Notes: a model not told the origin generated them from the sequence alone. Positions 1-8,975 are shown, counted from the first letter of the stretch. The stretch: 56,598 nt of DNA from an uncultured Candidatus Saccharibacteria bacterium (GCA_964603485.1 CAZRVE010000001.1:42342-98939), one strand, 5' to 3'. Numbers and translations: made by a program.

Positions 1-671
1 CTTCCACCAACGACGATCTGCGATGGTGTCGCAGAGAGTGTGATGGTGGGGCTTGGGATGGGATCAGGAACCTTCGCTACGATCACTACGACGCGACCAG
101 ACTTGGTTGTGTCAGCAGATGCTCGTGCGCGAACGCCCGTAGTGCCAGGAGAAACCCCCGTGATCTCACCCGTGTTAGACACGGTTGCGATCGTAGGAGT
201 CTCGCTCGTCCAAAGGACAGAGAGAGAAATCCCCGGTTCACCAGAGACAGCGGCCGAAGCGCGGGTCTTGTCACCCACGTACATTCGGACAGTATCAGGA
301 GCAACAACAATCGTAGTGGGGAGCTTTGCACGCTCTCGCACCACGACCTTTGCGGTGGCCTCTTTCGAGACCGTACCGTCGCAGCATGTCACCTTGACGG
401 TGACGTTGGTCTCGCCGACCGTAACACCAGTGATGACGCCGGAATTCGAAACCGTAGCAACTGACACCGCGCTCGACGTCCAGGTGACCGAGTTCACGCT
501 CGCATCGTTTGGCTGCCACGTGGCGGCCAAAGCCTTCGACTGACCCACATAAATGGTATCAGCCGATATCGAGACAGAAACGACGGGATCCGGACAGGGG
601 GCGGTGAGCTTTCTTGCGTCGCAGGCGACGAGCGCCAATGCTGACAAGAAAGGTACCAGAAACTTCCGCAT
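1..671 (-). CDS. Big_2 (bacterial Ig-like group 2) domain lipoprotein, N-terminal part; CDS runs off the window start
   Basis: Own translation of minus strand from ATG at 671: MRKFLVPFLSALALVACDARK... (signal peptide + lipobox L-V-A-C), then repeated Big_2-like segments (IYVGQSKALAATWQP...SVTWTSS..VATVSNSGVITGVTVGETNVTVKV). No stop before position 1. Strong SD AAGGAGG 7 nt upstream. Absent from the ORF track because it lacks an in-window stop. G+C-rich relative to the rest of the window. Confidence 0.7.
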   Translation of the reverse strand, partial: MRKFLVPFLSALALVACDARKLTAPCPDPVVSVSISADTIYVGQSKALAATWQPNDASVNSVTWTSSAVSVATVSNSGVITGVTVGETNVTVKVTCCDGTVSKEATAKVVVRERAKLPTTIVVAPDTVRMYVGDKTRASAAVSGEPGISLSVLWTSETPTIATVSNTGEITGVSPGTTGVRARASADTTKSGRVVVIVAKVPDPIPSPTITLSATPSQIVVGG

Positions 672-820
672 TGCATCCTCCTTAGGAATCGAGAAACGTA
701 ATAGTTCAGAATGACGAAGAGCGGTCTTTCCGCCCCCTACCCTGCCATAAAGAAATTCAAATGTCAATCCTATTATTCCCAATATAAATCATCATTTTTA
801 TTTTAAAAATACATAGTCTA

Positions 821-864
821 CTACCGAAACAATTTGTTGCGGTCGCAACAAATTGTTTCGGTAG
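821..864. repeat. Perfect 20-bp-stem hairpin, palindrome family 1 (loop GGTC within GCGGTCGC core), copy A
   Basis: ctaccgaaacaatttgttgc-ggtc-gcaacaaattgtttcggtag. Near-identical copy at 27396-27433 and related copy at 17831-17870. Confidence 0.8.
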
Positions 865-1008
865 TGTAGTGTTATAAATTTAAGGTTTTTGATTATTTCG
901 AAACCTTAAATATTTGGTATTCAAATACAATAATAAAAAACACCCTCGCATTGCGGGGTGTGTGGTTCGAGCTCTTGCGCCCGTGGTACGAGACCGGAGA
1001 TGGTGGTC

Positions 1009-1156
1009 TTACCCGGACGCGGCGCCGGTGAGCTTCTGGGCCTTCTGCGTCGTCTTCGCGGCGTGCCTGATGGCCATGTTCGTCGTCTGCACGATGATGG
1101 GGCTGTCCTGCATCGCAACGATGCGTTCGGTCTGTCGCCGGGCTTGTCGGGTCATG
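1009..1156 (-). CDS. Hypothetical small basic protein (~49 aa)
   Basis: ATG at 1156 preceded by GGAGAGAGA SD. Candidate promoter TTGCAA-N16-TATAGT on minus strand (~1210-1245). Followed by hairpin+T-run terminator near 930-960. Function unknown. Confidence 0.35.
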
Positions 1157-1310
1157 TCTCTCTCCGGTGTGGAGTGAAGGTGCGTGTCTCCCACTTGGGT
1201 GACTTATTTACTATAGCAATCAATAAAAACCTTGCAAGATGTCCGGACAAATCGCAAAAGAAAATAAAGAAAAAGAGCGTCCCTAAATTGGGACGCTCCA
1301 TGTCTTCTTC

Positions 1311-1733
1311 TTACGGACGATCAGTGATGTGGAATCCAGCTTCCGGAAGGAAACCATGCTCCCCAGCTTCGGTCTCCTCATTGAGGAGCTCCTCGATCAT
1401 GCCGTCGAGGCCATCTTCCTTAGAGAGCCTCGCAGCAGGATACTCGTCGGTCACGGTAGGTATCGCTTCGCGGTACCCGGGTGTGAGATCGAAATGAGCC
1501 TGCGAAACATCACCGGCGCTCCGTCGGTAGATAGTGGGCTGACCGACCTCGTCTGCCGAATCGGCAGATTCCACATCGGGAGACACCGATAGGCAGTGGA
1601 AGCTTGCCGAGTGCAAACCTCTGCCTACCAGTCCTTCCTTGTGGAGCTGCTCGATCTCAGCAACCGCGTCGACTCCGAGGTCAACAGGTTCGTCGAGCTC
1701 TTCCTGACGTGATGCAGGTCTGCGCCTTGCCAT
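1311..1733 (-). CDS. Hypothetical acidic protein (140 aa)
   Basis: ORF with strong SD (GGGGGAG) and extended -10 promoter (TGgTATAAT) upstream. Perfect hairpin gagcgtccc-taaatt-gggacgctc + T-rich tract immediately downstream on minus strand. G+C-rich codon usage unlike neighbours. Confidence 0.55.
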   Translation of the reverse strand: MARRRPASRQEELDEPVDLGVDAVAEIEQLHKEGLVGRGLHSASFHCLSVSPDVESADSADEVGQPTIYRRSAGDVSQAHFDLTPGYREAIPTVTDEYPAARLSKEDGLDGMIEELLNEETEAGEHGFLPEAGFHITDRP

Positions 1734-1795
1734 TCACTCCCCCTTTTCCAGCTGTGATAGGTGAACTGCCAAATTTCCGTTTTCAATTATACCAC

Positions 1796-2785
1796 TTAGA
1801 ACTGCCCACTGTCCATAGTCTTCAAATAGTTTTCCACAACCCCTTCTACCTCCCTGCTATCTTTTGCGTCCATAAGAGTTTTCCGCAAATCAGCCGCTCC
1901 ACCCCAACCCGTCACATATGCTTTGTAATGCTTCTTCATCAATGCAAAACTCTTAATATCACCAAGAAGTTCTTCAAAAAGTTTTGTGTGCTCGACGAGA
2001 ACACGAAGTCTCTCTTCTAGAGTCGGATTCTTTTCAGAGAAAAGCCATGGATTGCCAAAGATTGCTCGTCCAAGCATCACGCCGTCGCAACCAGTTTCTT
2101 CTACTTTTCTTTTTGCATCAGCAATATCTACCGCATCACCATTTCCAAGAATGTAAGTTTCACTCTTCATATCGTTACGTATAACGACAGATTCTCTGAC
2201 ATGCTCCCAACGCGCGGGGACTTTAGACATTTCTTTTCGTGTCCGCGCATGAATAGTAAGTGCTACTGGTTTTGTCTCAAGAATTTTCGGAACCCAGGTT
2301 TCAAGTTCTATTGTATTAAATCCCACCCGAGTTTTTACAGAAACAGGAAGATGAAGCGCTCCCTGCTTTGCTGCGTAGATAACTTCCTGAGCCAGAGCTG
2401 GATCCTTAATGAGAGCCGCACCTGCGCCTTGTCGCTCAATCGCTTTATCAGGGCATCCCATATTTATATCAATACCATCAAATCCAAGTTCACGAGCAAG
2501 AATAGCCGCTTGCTCCATCATCTCTGGCTTTGAGGCAAAAAACTGAGCGACAATTGGGCGTTCCTCTTCGGTATATTCAAGGTCTTTCAAAAGCTTCCTC
2601 TTCCCCTCCTCTGGTGCGCGAACAAGACCATCAGCAGAAACAAACTCTGTCCACATCACATCGGGTTTGCCGTATTTTGCAATCACGCGACGAAAAGAGG
2701 CGTCCGTGACATCTGCCATTGGTGCTAATACAAAAAAAGGTTTTTTGAGATTATCCCAAAAACTCATAGAAAGTGACGATACCAC
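1796..2785 (-). CDS. dus: tRNA-dihydrouridine synthase (Dus family, TIM-barrel FMN enzyme)
   Basis: 329-aa ORF. Typical Dus sequence features (VLAPMADVTD, GFDGIDINMGCP, catalytic Cys context). Confidence 0.85.
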   Translation of the reverse strand: MVSSLSMSFWDNLKKPFFVLAPMADVTDASFRRVIAKYGKPDVMWTEFVSADGLVRAPEEGKRKLLKDLEYTEEERPIVAQFFASKPEMMEQAAILARELGFDGIDINMGCPDKAIERQGAGAALIKDPALAQEVIYAAKQGALHLPVSVKTRVGFNTIELETWVPKILETKPVALTIHARTRKEMSKVPARWEHVRESVVIRNDMKSETYILGNGDAVDIADAKRKVEETGCDGVMLGRAIFGNPWLFSEKNPTLEERLRVLVEHTKLFEELLGDIKSFALMKKHYKAYVTGWGGAADLRKTLMDAKDSREVEGVVENYLKTMDSGQF

Positions 2786-2826
2786 ACGAAACGGCCTTCC
2801 TCAATTCATATTGCCATCAGAACAAT

Positions 2827-2860
2827 GTAATTATCTGTGCCGATCGGCACAGATAATTAC
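2827..2860. repeat. 34-bp perfect palindrome, family 2 (GATC centre)
   Basis: gtaattatctgtgcc-gatc-ggcacagataattac. Imperfect copy at 15625-15662. Confidence 0.8.
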
Positions 2861-2901
2861 GGGCCAACCCCTCTTATTCCCCTTAAAAAACTTTAGGATA
2901 A

Positions 2902-5280
2902 CTACACAGACTGAAGCTCTCGTTCGGTAAACTCAACCCTTGATCCATGTGTGAGTGCCCCAGAGATAATCTTATCCGCGATAATTTTCTCAACAGTATC
3001 TTGAATAGCTCGGTTTAAAGGGCGTGCACCAAACTTTGGATCAGTCCCCTTCTCCACTAGAAAGTCTACGAGAGTATCATTTACTACAAGAGTCATCCCT
3101 CTATCCTTCAAACGCCATGCGAGCCGGCCAAGAAGAACCTTTGCGATTTCTTGTAAGTGCTCTTTCTTTAATGCGTGGAACAACACCACTCCGTCAAAGC
3201 GATTCAGAAGTTCTGGACGGAATAATTGATTGTGAACAATTTCATCAACAATCTCATTCTTTTTTTCAAGAAGGTTTTCTCCTCGTTCTGTTGCTTCAAA
3301 TATTTTTTCGCTCCCTGCATTAGAAGTTGCGACGATAAGCATATTTCTTAGAGAGACCTTACGGCCCATTGCATCAGAGAATACTCCTTCATCAAGAATT
3401 TGAAGGAATAGGTCGAGGACTCGAGATTCGGTCTTCTCAAATTCATCCAGAAGAAGTACGCCGTACTGATGTTCTCGTGCTAAAGATGCAAGAACTCCAG
3501 GGGTTTCAGAGTCATATCCTCCAATTAAACGTGTGAGCGCATCAGGAGTGTCGTATTCAGACATATCTAGACGAACCATGTGAGATTCTTTATTAAAAAA
3601 TATTTCAGCAAGCGCTTTTGCGGTTTCAGTTTTCCCTACTCCCGTAGGACCGAGAAAAAGAAAAGAACCCATAGGTCGATTAGGGCTACTTATGCCAGAT
3701 CGCGCTCGGCGCAATGCGTCAGAAACCATACGAATCGCTTCGTTCTGACCAATCACCCGCTCATGAAGAAGTGTTTCCAGATTTGTAAGCTTTACCCGCT
3801 CGCTGTCAGTAACGTCTCCTGTGGGAACACCTGTGCGAGTACCAACTACAGAAAGAATATCTTCTTTTGTGATTAACGATCGTCCTAAGGAGCGAACGTG
3901 AGCGATTGCTTCTACTAAAATATTACCTGCAGTGTTATACAGAGGCTCCCCCACAAAATATCTCCCCGCAGAGTCAATCGCACTCTTCACTGCAGGATAG
4001 GTAAAGACCACTTCCTCGTCGGTTTCAAGTTCTATTACGTGCTCGAGAAGCATGGCGGAAACCTCCTCATGATTTGAGCCTTCTATAAATACAGTATCAA
4101 AGTGTTGTAGTAGCTCTTTATTTCCTTCGAGGGAAGTATGGAAACTTTGAGTTTCAGAGAGGGCCACTATATGAAGCGTTGGTGAAACAAGGTACGGAGA
4201 AAGAAGTGAGGAAAGATCTGAACCAAGTGTCCTTGCTTGCATGAGAAGCGCATCGATATCAGGTATCACAAGTATCAGATTCCCCGCCTTCACCATATCA
4301 TCCAAAATACCAACAAGAAGACGCTCAAACCCTCCCTTCGTATCTTCAAGAGAGATAATTGCATCAAGAGACAGAACACGAAGCACCATATCGGAAAGAT
4401 GTCGTGGAGCTTCTTTTCGGGAAAGTCTGCGTGCAAAACCTTCCACCACTTCCATTTTCCCCGAACCTTCCTCACCCACAATTAGCGCATTGGCGCTTGT
4501 TGATTTTGAAAGAATGACCTCAAGATTACTTGTCTCTTTTGGATGAAGCTCTTGGCGCTCTGACAAAGAGAAACGGAGTGGGGTACTAAAACGTTCAAGC
4601 TTATATGCAGTTCCGTATGACCAAGACCTCCCGATTGGCTCCACCTCTTGCAATCGTTCTCGTGACCACCACCTTTCATTGGACAGAGACTCTCTTACCA
4701 ACGAAGAAACCCACCGAAAAGACTCCTCGAGAGTTTTGGCTGTGACAGAATGCGCGAGAAGAAAGTTCTCAAAAGAAGCATCGGCGGAAATGAGCCCCTC
4801 TAGATAAGATGCAACGAGATTAGGTGTATCGGAAAAAGAAAAACTTGATCCTCTCGCGACAAGTTTACGTGAAGAAAGAAACTCTCTAAGTGAAGCCCTT
4901 TCGATTCCCACACGCAAAAGAGCTTCTTGTCCGTAAAGAGATTCGATGAATCCCCTCACCGGATCAGTCTCGGAAGAAGAGAAAACAACAGAAGCAAGTT
5001 CATACGAATAACTACGCTCACCTTCGCGCGCAAATACATGCGAGTAGAAAAAAGCGTCAAGCGCGATGGTGATGAGAAGGAGTGAGCCGACAATAAAGAA
5101 AAGTCCGGAAGTTCCAAGAGCTGACTCCCACAGTAAGTCATAGGCCACAATAAAAGATAGCGCCAAGAGAACCCAGAGAACCTTAATGCAGATTTTCCTA
5201 ATCTTATGCGGAAAGACATGTTCAAGGGCTGCAACTCCTCGCCAGAAACCTAGTTTTTGTTTTAGGTCTAAGAAGCTCAT
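2902..5280 (-). CDS. Membrane-anchored ClpB/ClpA-like AAA+ ATPase, degenerate NBD1, intact NBD2, no obvious M-domain or ClpP loop
   Basis: 792 aa. N-terminal hydrophobic helices instead of Clp N-domain. D1 Walker A reads GEEGSGKM (T->M) and Walker B region reads ILVIPDID (DE lost). D2 has canonical GPTGVGKTE and LLLDEFEK. ATGA overlap with upstream gene. Confidence 0.75.
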   Translation of the reverse strand: MSFLDLKQKLGFWRGVAALEHVFPHKIRKICIKVLWVLLALSFIVAYDLLWESALGTSGLFFIVGSLLLITIALDAFFYSHVFAREGERSYSYELASVVFSSSETDPVRGFIESLYGQEALLRVGIERASLREFLSSRKLVARGSSFSFSDTPNLVASYLEGLISADASFENFLLAHSVTAKTLEESFRWVSSLVRESLSNERWWSRERLQEVEPIGRSWSYGTAYKLERFSTPLRFSLSERQELHPKETSNLEVILSKSTSANALIVGEEGSGKMEVVEGFARRLSRKEAPRHLSDMVLRVLSLDAIISLEDTKGGFERLLVGILDDMVKAGNLILVIPDIDALLMQARTLGSDLSSLLSPYLVSPTLHIVALSETQSFHTSLEGNKELLQHFDTVFIEGSNHEEVSAMLLEHVIELETDEEVVFTYPAVKSAIDSAGRYFVGEPLYNTAGNILVEAIAHVRSLGRSLITKEDILSVVGTRTGVPTGDVTDSERVKLTNLETLLHERVIGQNEAIRMVSDALRRARSGISSPNRPMGSFLFLGPTGVGKTETAKALAEIFFNKESHMVRLDMSEYDTPDALTRLIGGYDSETPGVLASLAREHQYGVLLLDEFEKTESRVLDLFLQILDEGVFSDAMGRKVSLRNMLIVATSNAGSEKIFEATERGENLLEKKNEIVDEIVHNQLFRPELLNRFDGVVLFHALKKEHLQEIAKVLLGRLAWRLKDRGMTLVVNDTLVDFLVEKGTDPKFGARPLNRAIQDTVEKIIADKIISGALTHGSRVEFTERELQSV

Positions 5281-5705
5281 GAAAATATTTCAAAAATCCC
5301 AAGCGCAAACAAAAAAGCGATAATAAATGGAAGAAGTGCCCAAACCACGTAGATAAGCGCAACAGCAAGAAAAGCTAATGTGAGAACGATTGCTCCGAAG
5401 ATGAGAACCGCACTTCGGATTACAAAGCCTAGAGCGCGCGTAATTGCATTTACTACAAAAGTCGACAGGATATTTTCTGCATCCAATCCTTTCTCATACG
5501 TCTCGCCCAACCTCTTCCATGGAGAAAATAAAGTTCTCAAAAGAGATGAGAAGGAAAAAAATAAACCCACAAAAGAAATCAGGGCAACGCAGTTATCAGT
5601 CAAATCTTTCCACGCCCTACCGTAGTGCCACTTAAAATAATATGGAAGAACAAGAATCACATTCATATATATAAGTATACCTTGTGAGATACGTATGGAA
5701 AACAA
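5277..5705 (-). CDS. Hypothetical polytopic membrane protein, translationally coupled to the Clp-like ATPase
   Basis: 142-aa ORF with several hydrophobic helices. Stop overlaps start of downstream ATPase gene. Start codon uncertain (TTG at 5705 or internal ATG). Confidence 0.5.
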   Translation of the reverse strand: MFSIRISQGILIYMNVILVLPYYFKWHYGRAWKDLTDNCVALISFVGLFFSFSSLLRTLFSPWKRLGETYEKGLDAENILSTFVVNAITRALGFVIRSAVLIFGAIVLTLAFLAVALIYVVWALLPFIIAFLFALGIFEIFS

Positions 5706-5718
5706 ACTTTTACAATTC

Positions 5719-6534
5719 TTACTCTTCCCCCTTTCTCTTAAGAATTATCTTCTTCCCATACCGAAGATCGATAGATTCCACCTGCAGCTCCCCACCTTCT
5801 AAAATTGACAGTGTTGGGTCCCCTACGAGAGAAGTGAGATTTGCCAGAACGTCCGAAGGGTTATCTTCCAAAGAGAAAAGAATGTGTCCTCCCGCCACAG
5901 ACAAATCAAAAGAATCCGCCGATACCATATTTAATTCATTTGGAGAAAAACCAATATCCCGTACTTTACCCACAAAGTCTTTCACGAGGATAAACTTGGA
6001 TTCTTCAAGATAGAAAGAACCGATCGGAGAACCCTCCACTCCTCCACGGTAAATAAAATAGATTCCTGAAGAAAAGTCTCCTGCGTCATCAAAAATAAAT
6101 CCTTTCTCATCTAAAAAATAACATCCTCCACTTTCCCTATCTTGGCACCACAAGGATATTGGTTTTCTCAAAAAAAGCTCCACATGGAGAACTTTGTCTT
6201 TTTTCAAATCAAGATTCAAAGATTCAATTCTTCTAAAAGAATTCTTGAGTTCGTTTACAATTTCCTGCTTTGGATAAAAAAGAACACTTCGCTTTGGAAT
6301 GAAAAGCAAGAAATTTCCAGAAATCATATTTTCAATCGCGCCTTTTACATCTTCAGCATATACGCCCTCGGGGCTCTTTACTTCAACTCCTTTAATCTGA
6401 GAGAAAGGTGCGCGCAAAAGGAGAACTGGTGTCGCAAGAATAATGAGAGCAAAAATAGACCAGAGAGTAACCCGAAAAGCTACACGCCTTCGGCGCCTTA
6501 CCACAAGCTCTGGCCTACGGAGAGAACGTGGCAT
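5719..6534 (-). CDS. FtsQ/DivIB-like cell-division protein (Arg-rich cytoplasmic tail, one TM, POTRA-like region)
   Basis: 271 aa. N-terminal RRPELVVRRRRR, TM helix, then IKGVEV... pattern resembling FtsQ POTRA/beta domain. Confidence 0.5.
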   Translation of the reverse strand: MPRSLRRPELVVRRRRRVAFRVTLWSIFALIILATPVLLLRAPFSQIKGVEVKSPEGVYAEDVKGAIENMISGNFLLFIPKRSVLFYPKQEIVNELKNSFRRIESLNLDLKKDKVLHVELFLRKPISLWCQDRESGGCYFLDEKGFIFDDAGDFSSGIYFIYRGGVEGSPIGSFYLEESKFILVKDFVGKVRDIGFSPNELNMVSADSFDLSVAGGHILFSLEDNPSDVLANLTSLVGDPTLSILEGGELQVESIDLRYGKKIILKRKGEE

Positions 6535-6546
6535 AGAGAAAAAATG

Positions 6547-7821
6547 TTATGCCTTCCTGATAAACGTCTTTCCACCCATGTACTTTCGAAGTACTTCGGG
6601 AATAAGGATTGAACCGTCTTCTTGTTGATAATTTTCAACGAGAGAAATAAGGATTCTCGGAGTTGCGAGTGCGGTATTGTTGAGTGAGTGGGCAAATTGC
6701 ATCTTACCTTCCTCGTTCTTGTAACGAATATTAAGTCTTCTTGTCTGGAAATCGTGGAAATAAGAAGATGAGTGTGTTTCGCCGTATGAACCATGGCCAG
6801 GACGCCAAGATTCGATATCGTACTTCTTCACCTGACCAAGACCAAGATCTCCACCACAATTTACTACTACATGGTATGGAATCTTTAGAGCCTGAAGAAT
6901 TTCTTCGGCATTTTGAGTAAGCTCCTCATGATGCTTCACAGACTCTTCGTGACTTGCCTCACAAAGGACCACTTGCTCCAATTTGAAAAACTCATGCACA
7001 CGATAGAGACCTTTCACATCCTTTCCGTGACTTCCCGCTTCGCGTCTGAAGCAAGGAGAAAATGCAATGAACTTAAGCGGAAGACTTTCTTTTGGAATTA
7101 CTTCATCCATGAAATAACCCATAGTTCCCACCTCAGCAGTTCCTGCTAAGTATTCTCCATCTTGAGTCTTATATAAATCTTCTTCGCTTTGTGGAAGATA
7201 CCCAGTACCCATAAATGGTTCGCGACGCACAAGCGACGGAGCGAGGAGTGGAGTAAATCCTCCTTTTGTCATAAAAAAATCCATCACAAAATTCCACAAT
7301 GCAAAATTAAGGAGAACTCCATCACCTTTCAAGAAATACCCACGAAATCCTGAAACCTTTACCCCTCGCTCAAGCTCGATCAAGCCAAGATTTTCCATGA
7401 GCTCAATGTGATCTTTTGGTTTAAAGGAGAACTTCGGAATATCGCCCCAAACTTTAACCTCCTTATTGTCTGCGTCACTTTCTCCTTCTGGAACGGAGAT
7501 GTCTGGAACATTAGGGACCTGCACCATAAGAAGTTGCCAATCGTGCATTACCTTCTTAAGCTCCTCCTCATCTTTTTGAAGCTCTTCCTTCACCTTCTGC
7601 ATATTCTCAATATATTGAAGCTTCAATGTTGCGTTCTGCTCTTGAGAGATTTTTAGACTCATCTCATTTTGGGTAGCCCGAGCGGCCTCTACCCGAAGAA
7701 GAATTTCCTTCCTTTTATCATCGGCCTCTAGAAGATCCCCAACCTCAAATTTTATCCGCTTCTTTCGAGCAGCGTCTTTAATGAGGTCCTTATTTTCACG
7801 AATAAATTTTATATCAAGCAT
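6547..7821 (-). CDS. serS: Seryl-tRNA synthetase
   Basis: 424 aa. N-terminal coiled-coil arm then class II core. Classic SerS start MLDIKFIREN. Confidence 0.9.
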   Translation of the reverse strand: MLDIKFIRENKDLIKDAARKKRIKFEVGDLLEADDKRKEILLRVEAARATQNEMSLKISQEQNATLKLQYIENMQKVKEELQKDEEELKKVMHDWQLLMVQVPNVPDISVPEGESDADNKEVKVWGDIPKFSFKPKDHIELMENLGLIELERGVKVSGFRGYFLKGDGVLLNFALWNFVMDFFMTKGGFTPLLAPSLVRREPFMGTGYLPQSEEDLYKTQDGEYLAGTAEVGTMGYFMDEVIPKESLPLKFIAFSPCFRREAGSHGKDVKGLYRVHEFFKLEQVVLCEASHEESVKHHEELTQNAEEILQALKIPYHVVVNCGGDLGLGQVKKYDIESWRPGHGSYGETHSSSYFHDFQTRRLNIRYKNEEGKMQFAHSLNNTALATPRILISLVENYQQEDGSILIPEVLRKYMGGKTFIRKA

Positions 7822-7861
7822 GATTCCCTATGATAGCAAAAGTGTTAGAATATAGGAAAAT

Positions 7862-8713
7862 ATGGCGTACTCGATTCGCGAGCTTACCCATGCCGAATTT
7901 CCTGCCCTCCTTAAAGAAATCCCCGATCCTCCAGAAACTCTCTTCTGTGCCGGAACCCTTCCCTCAGAGGGGAGGTTACTTCTTGCGGTGGTCGGCGCCC
8001 GACAATATACCCAATATGGAAAAGAAGTATGCGAGAAGATTATCTCTGGCTTAAGTGGGCACCCCATTACTATTGTCTCTGGTCTTGCTCTTGGGATTGA
8101 TTCCATCGCTCACAAGACCGCACTTGAGTGTGGACTACCTACAATTGCAATACCCGGCTCGGGACTCGGGAAGGATGTGCTCTACCCAAGAACCCATCGA
8201 GAGCTTGCAGAAAGAATAGTTTCTTCAGATGGTGCGCTTATCTCAGAATTTGAAAATACTTTTAGGGCAACCCCCTGGAGCTTCCCTCGTCGAAACAGGA
8301 TCATGGCGGGCATGAGCCACGCGACTTTAGTAATTGAGGCTGAACAAAAATCTGGAACGCTCATCACCTCGAAGCTCGCCACAGAATACAATCGCGATGT
8401 CTTTACCGTACCCGGATCGATCTTTTCTCGTACATCAGAAGGTCCTCATATGCTTATACGTCTTGGAGCAATTCCAGTAACAAAAAGTGGGGATATTCTT
8501 GAGATATTTAACCTTGAAGAAAAAACTTCTCCAATGCATAGCGACCTCACAGAAGAAGAAAGATTTGTGGTAGAGCTCCTTACAAGTCCGATGACTCGTG
8601 ATGAACTGGTAAGAAAGAGCAAGCTTGAAACCTGGAAAATAAATTCAATTCTAAGTGCTATGGAAATCAAAGGATTAATTATTGAATCAATGGGGCAGAT
8701 ACGATTAACGTAA
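7862..8713 (+). CDS. dprA: DNA processing protein DprA/Smf
   Basis: 283 aa. Rossmann-like DprA core (VVGARQYTQYG...IVSGLALGIDSIAH). Confidence 0.85.
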   Translation: MAYSIRELTHAEFPALLKEIPDPPETLFCAGTLPSEGRLLLAVVGARQYTQYGKEVCEKIISGLSGHPITIVSGLALGIDSIAHKTALECGLPTIAIPGSGLGKDVLYPRTHRELAERIVSSDGALISEFENTFRATPWSFPRRNRIMAGMSHATLVIEAEQKSGTLITSKLATEYNRDVFTVPGSIFSRTSEGPHMLIRLGAIPVTKSGDILEIFNLEEKTSPMHSDLTEEERFVVELLTSPMTRDELVRKSKLETWKINSILSAMEIKGLIIESMGQIRLT

Positions 8714-8761
8714 AGAGTAAACTGTGATTAAATAGTTCGGGATTCTCACAAGGGGATATTT

Positions 8762-8947
8762 ATGTACTTTAGCGAAATCAAGGTGGGAGAGCGCTTCCTT
8801 CTTTTTGATAACCCGAACGTCATCTACGAGAGGCTTCCCGACGAACAAAACCGCGCAGCTGTGGGATTTGGAAAAGACGTTTCTACGGGAAAAACAAAGA
8901 CCATCGCAAAGATGGCGCGAGTCATCTCGAAGTCGTCTACACCTTGA
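8762..8947 (+). CDS. Hypothetical small protein (61 aa)
   Basis: SD AAGGGGA upstream. Followed by perfect bidirectional hairpin terminator. Confidence 0.4.
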   Translation: MYFSEIKVGERFLLFDNPNVIYERLPDEQNRAAVGFGKDVSTGKTKTIAKMARVISKSSTP

Positions 8948-8975
8948 AACTCGACACAATTGTGTCGAGTTTTTA
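8946..8975. terminator. Intrinsic (bidirectional) terminator hairpin
   Basis: aaactcgacacaa-ttgtgtcgagttttt between small ORF and topA. Confidence 0.6.

Noticed and set aside
40-543. 167-aa plus-strand ORF (Thr/Val-rich)
   Set aside because: Antisense shadow of the minus-strand Big_2 lipoprotein gene, which has a signal peptide, lipobox, strong SD and coherent domain repeats. The plus ORF is low-complexity with no SD.
958-1497. 179-aa plus-strand Arg/Ser-rich ORF in the G+C-rich block
   Set aside because: Low-complexity. Spans the terminator and promoter of the minus-strand genes. No SD. Typical spurious ORF in G+C-rich DNA.
6142-6612. 156-aa plus-strand ORF overlapping the ftsQ-like gene
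   Set aside because: Antisense shadow. Lys/Asn-rich with no motif or SD.
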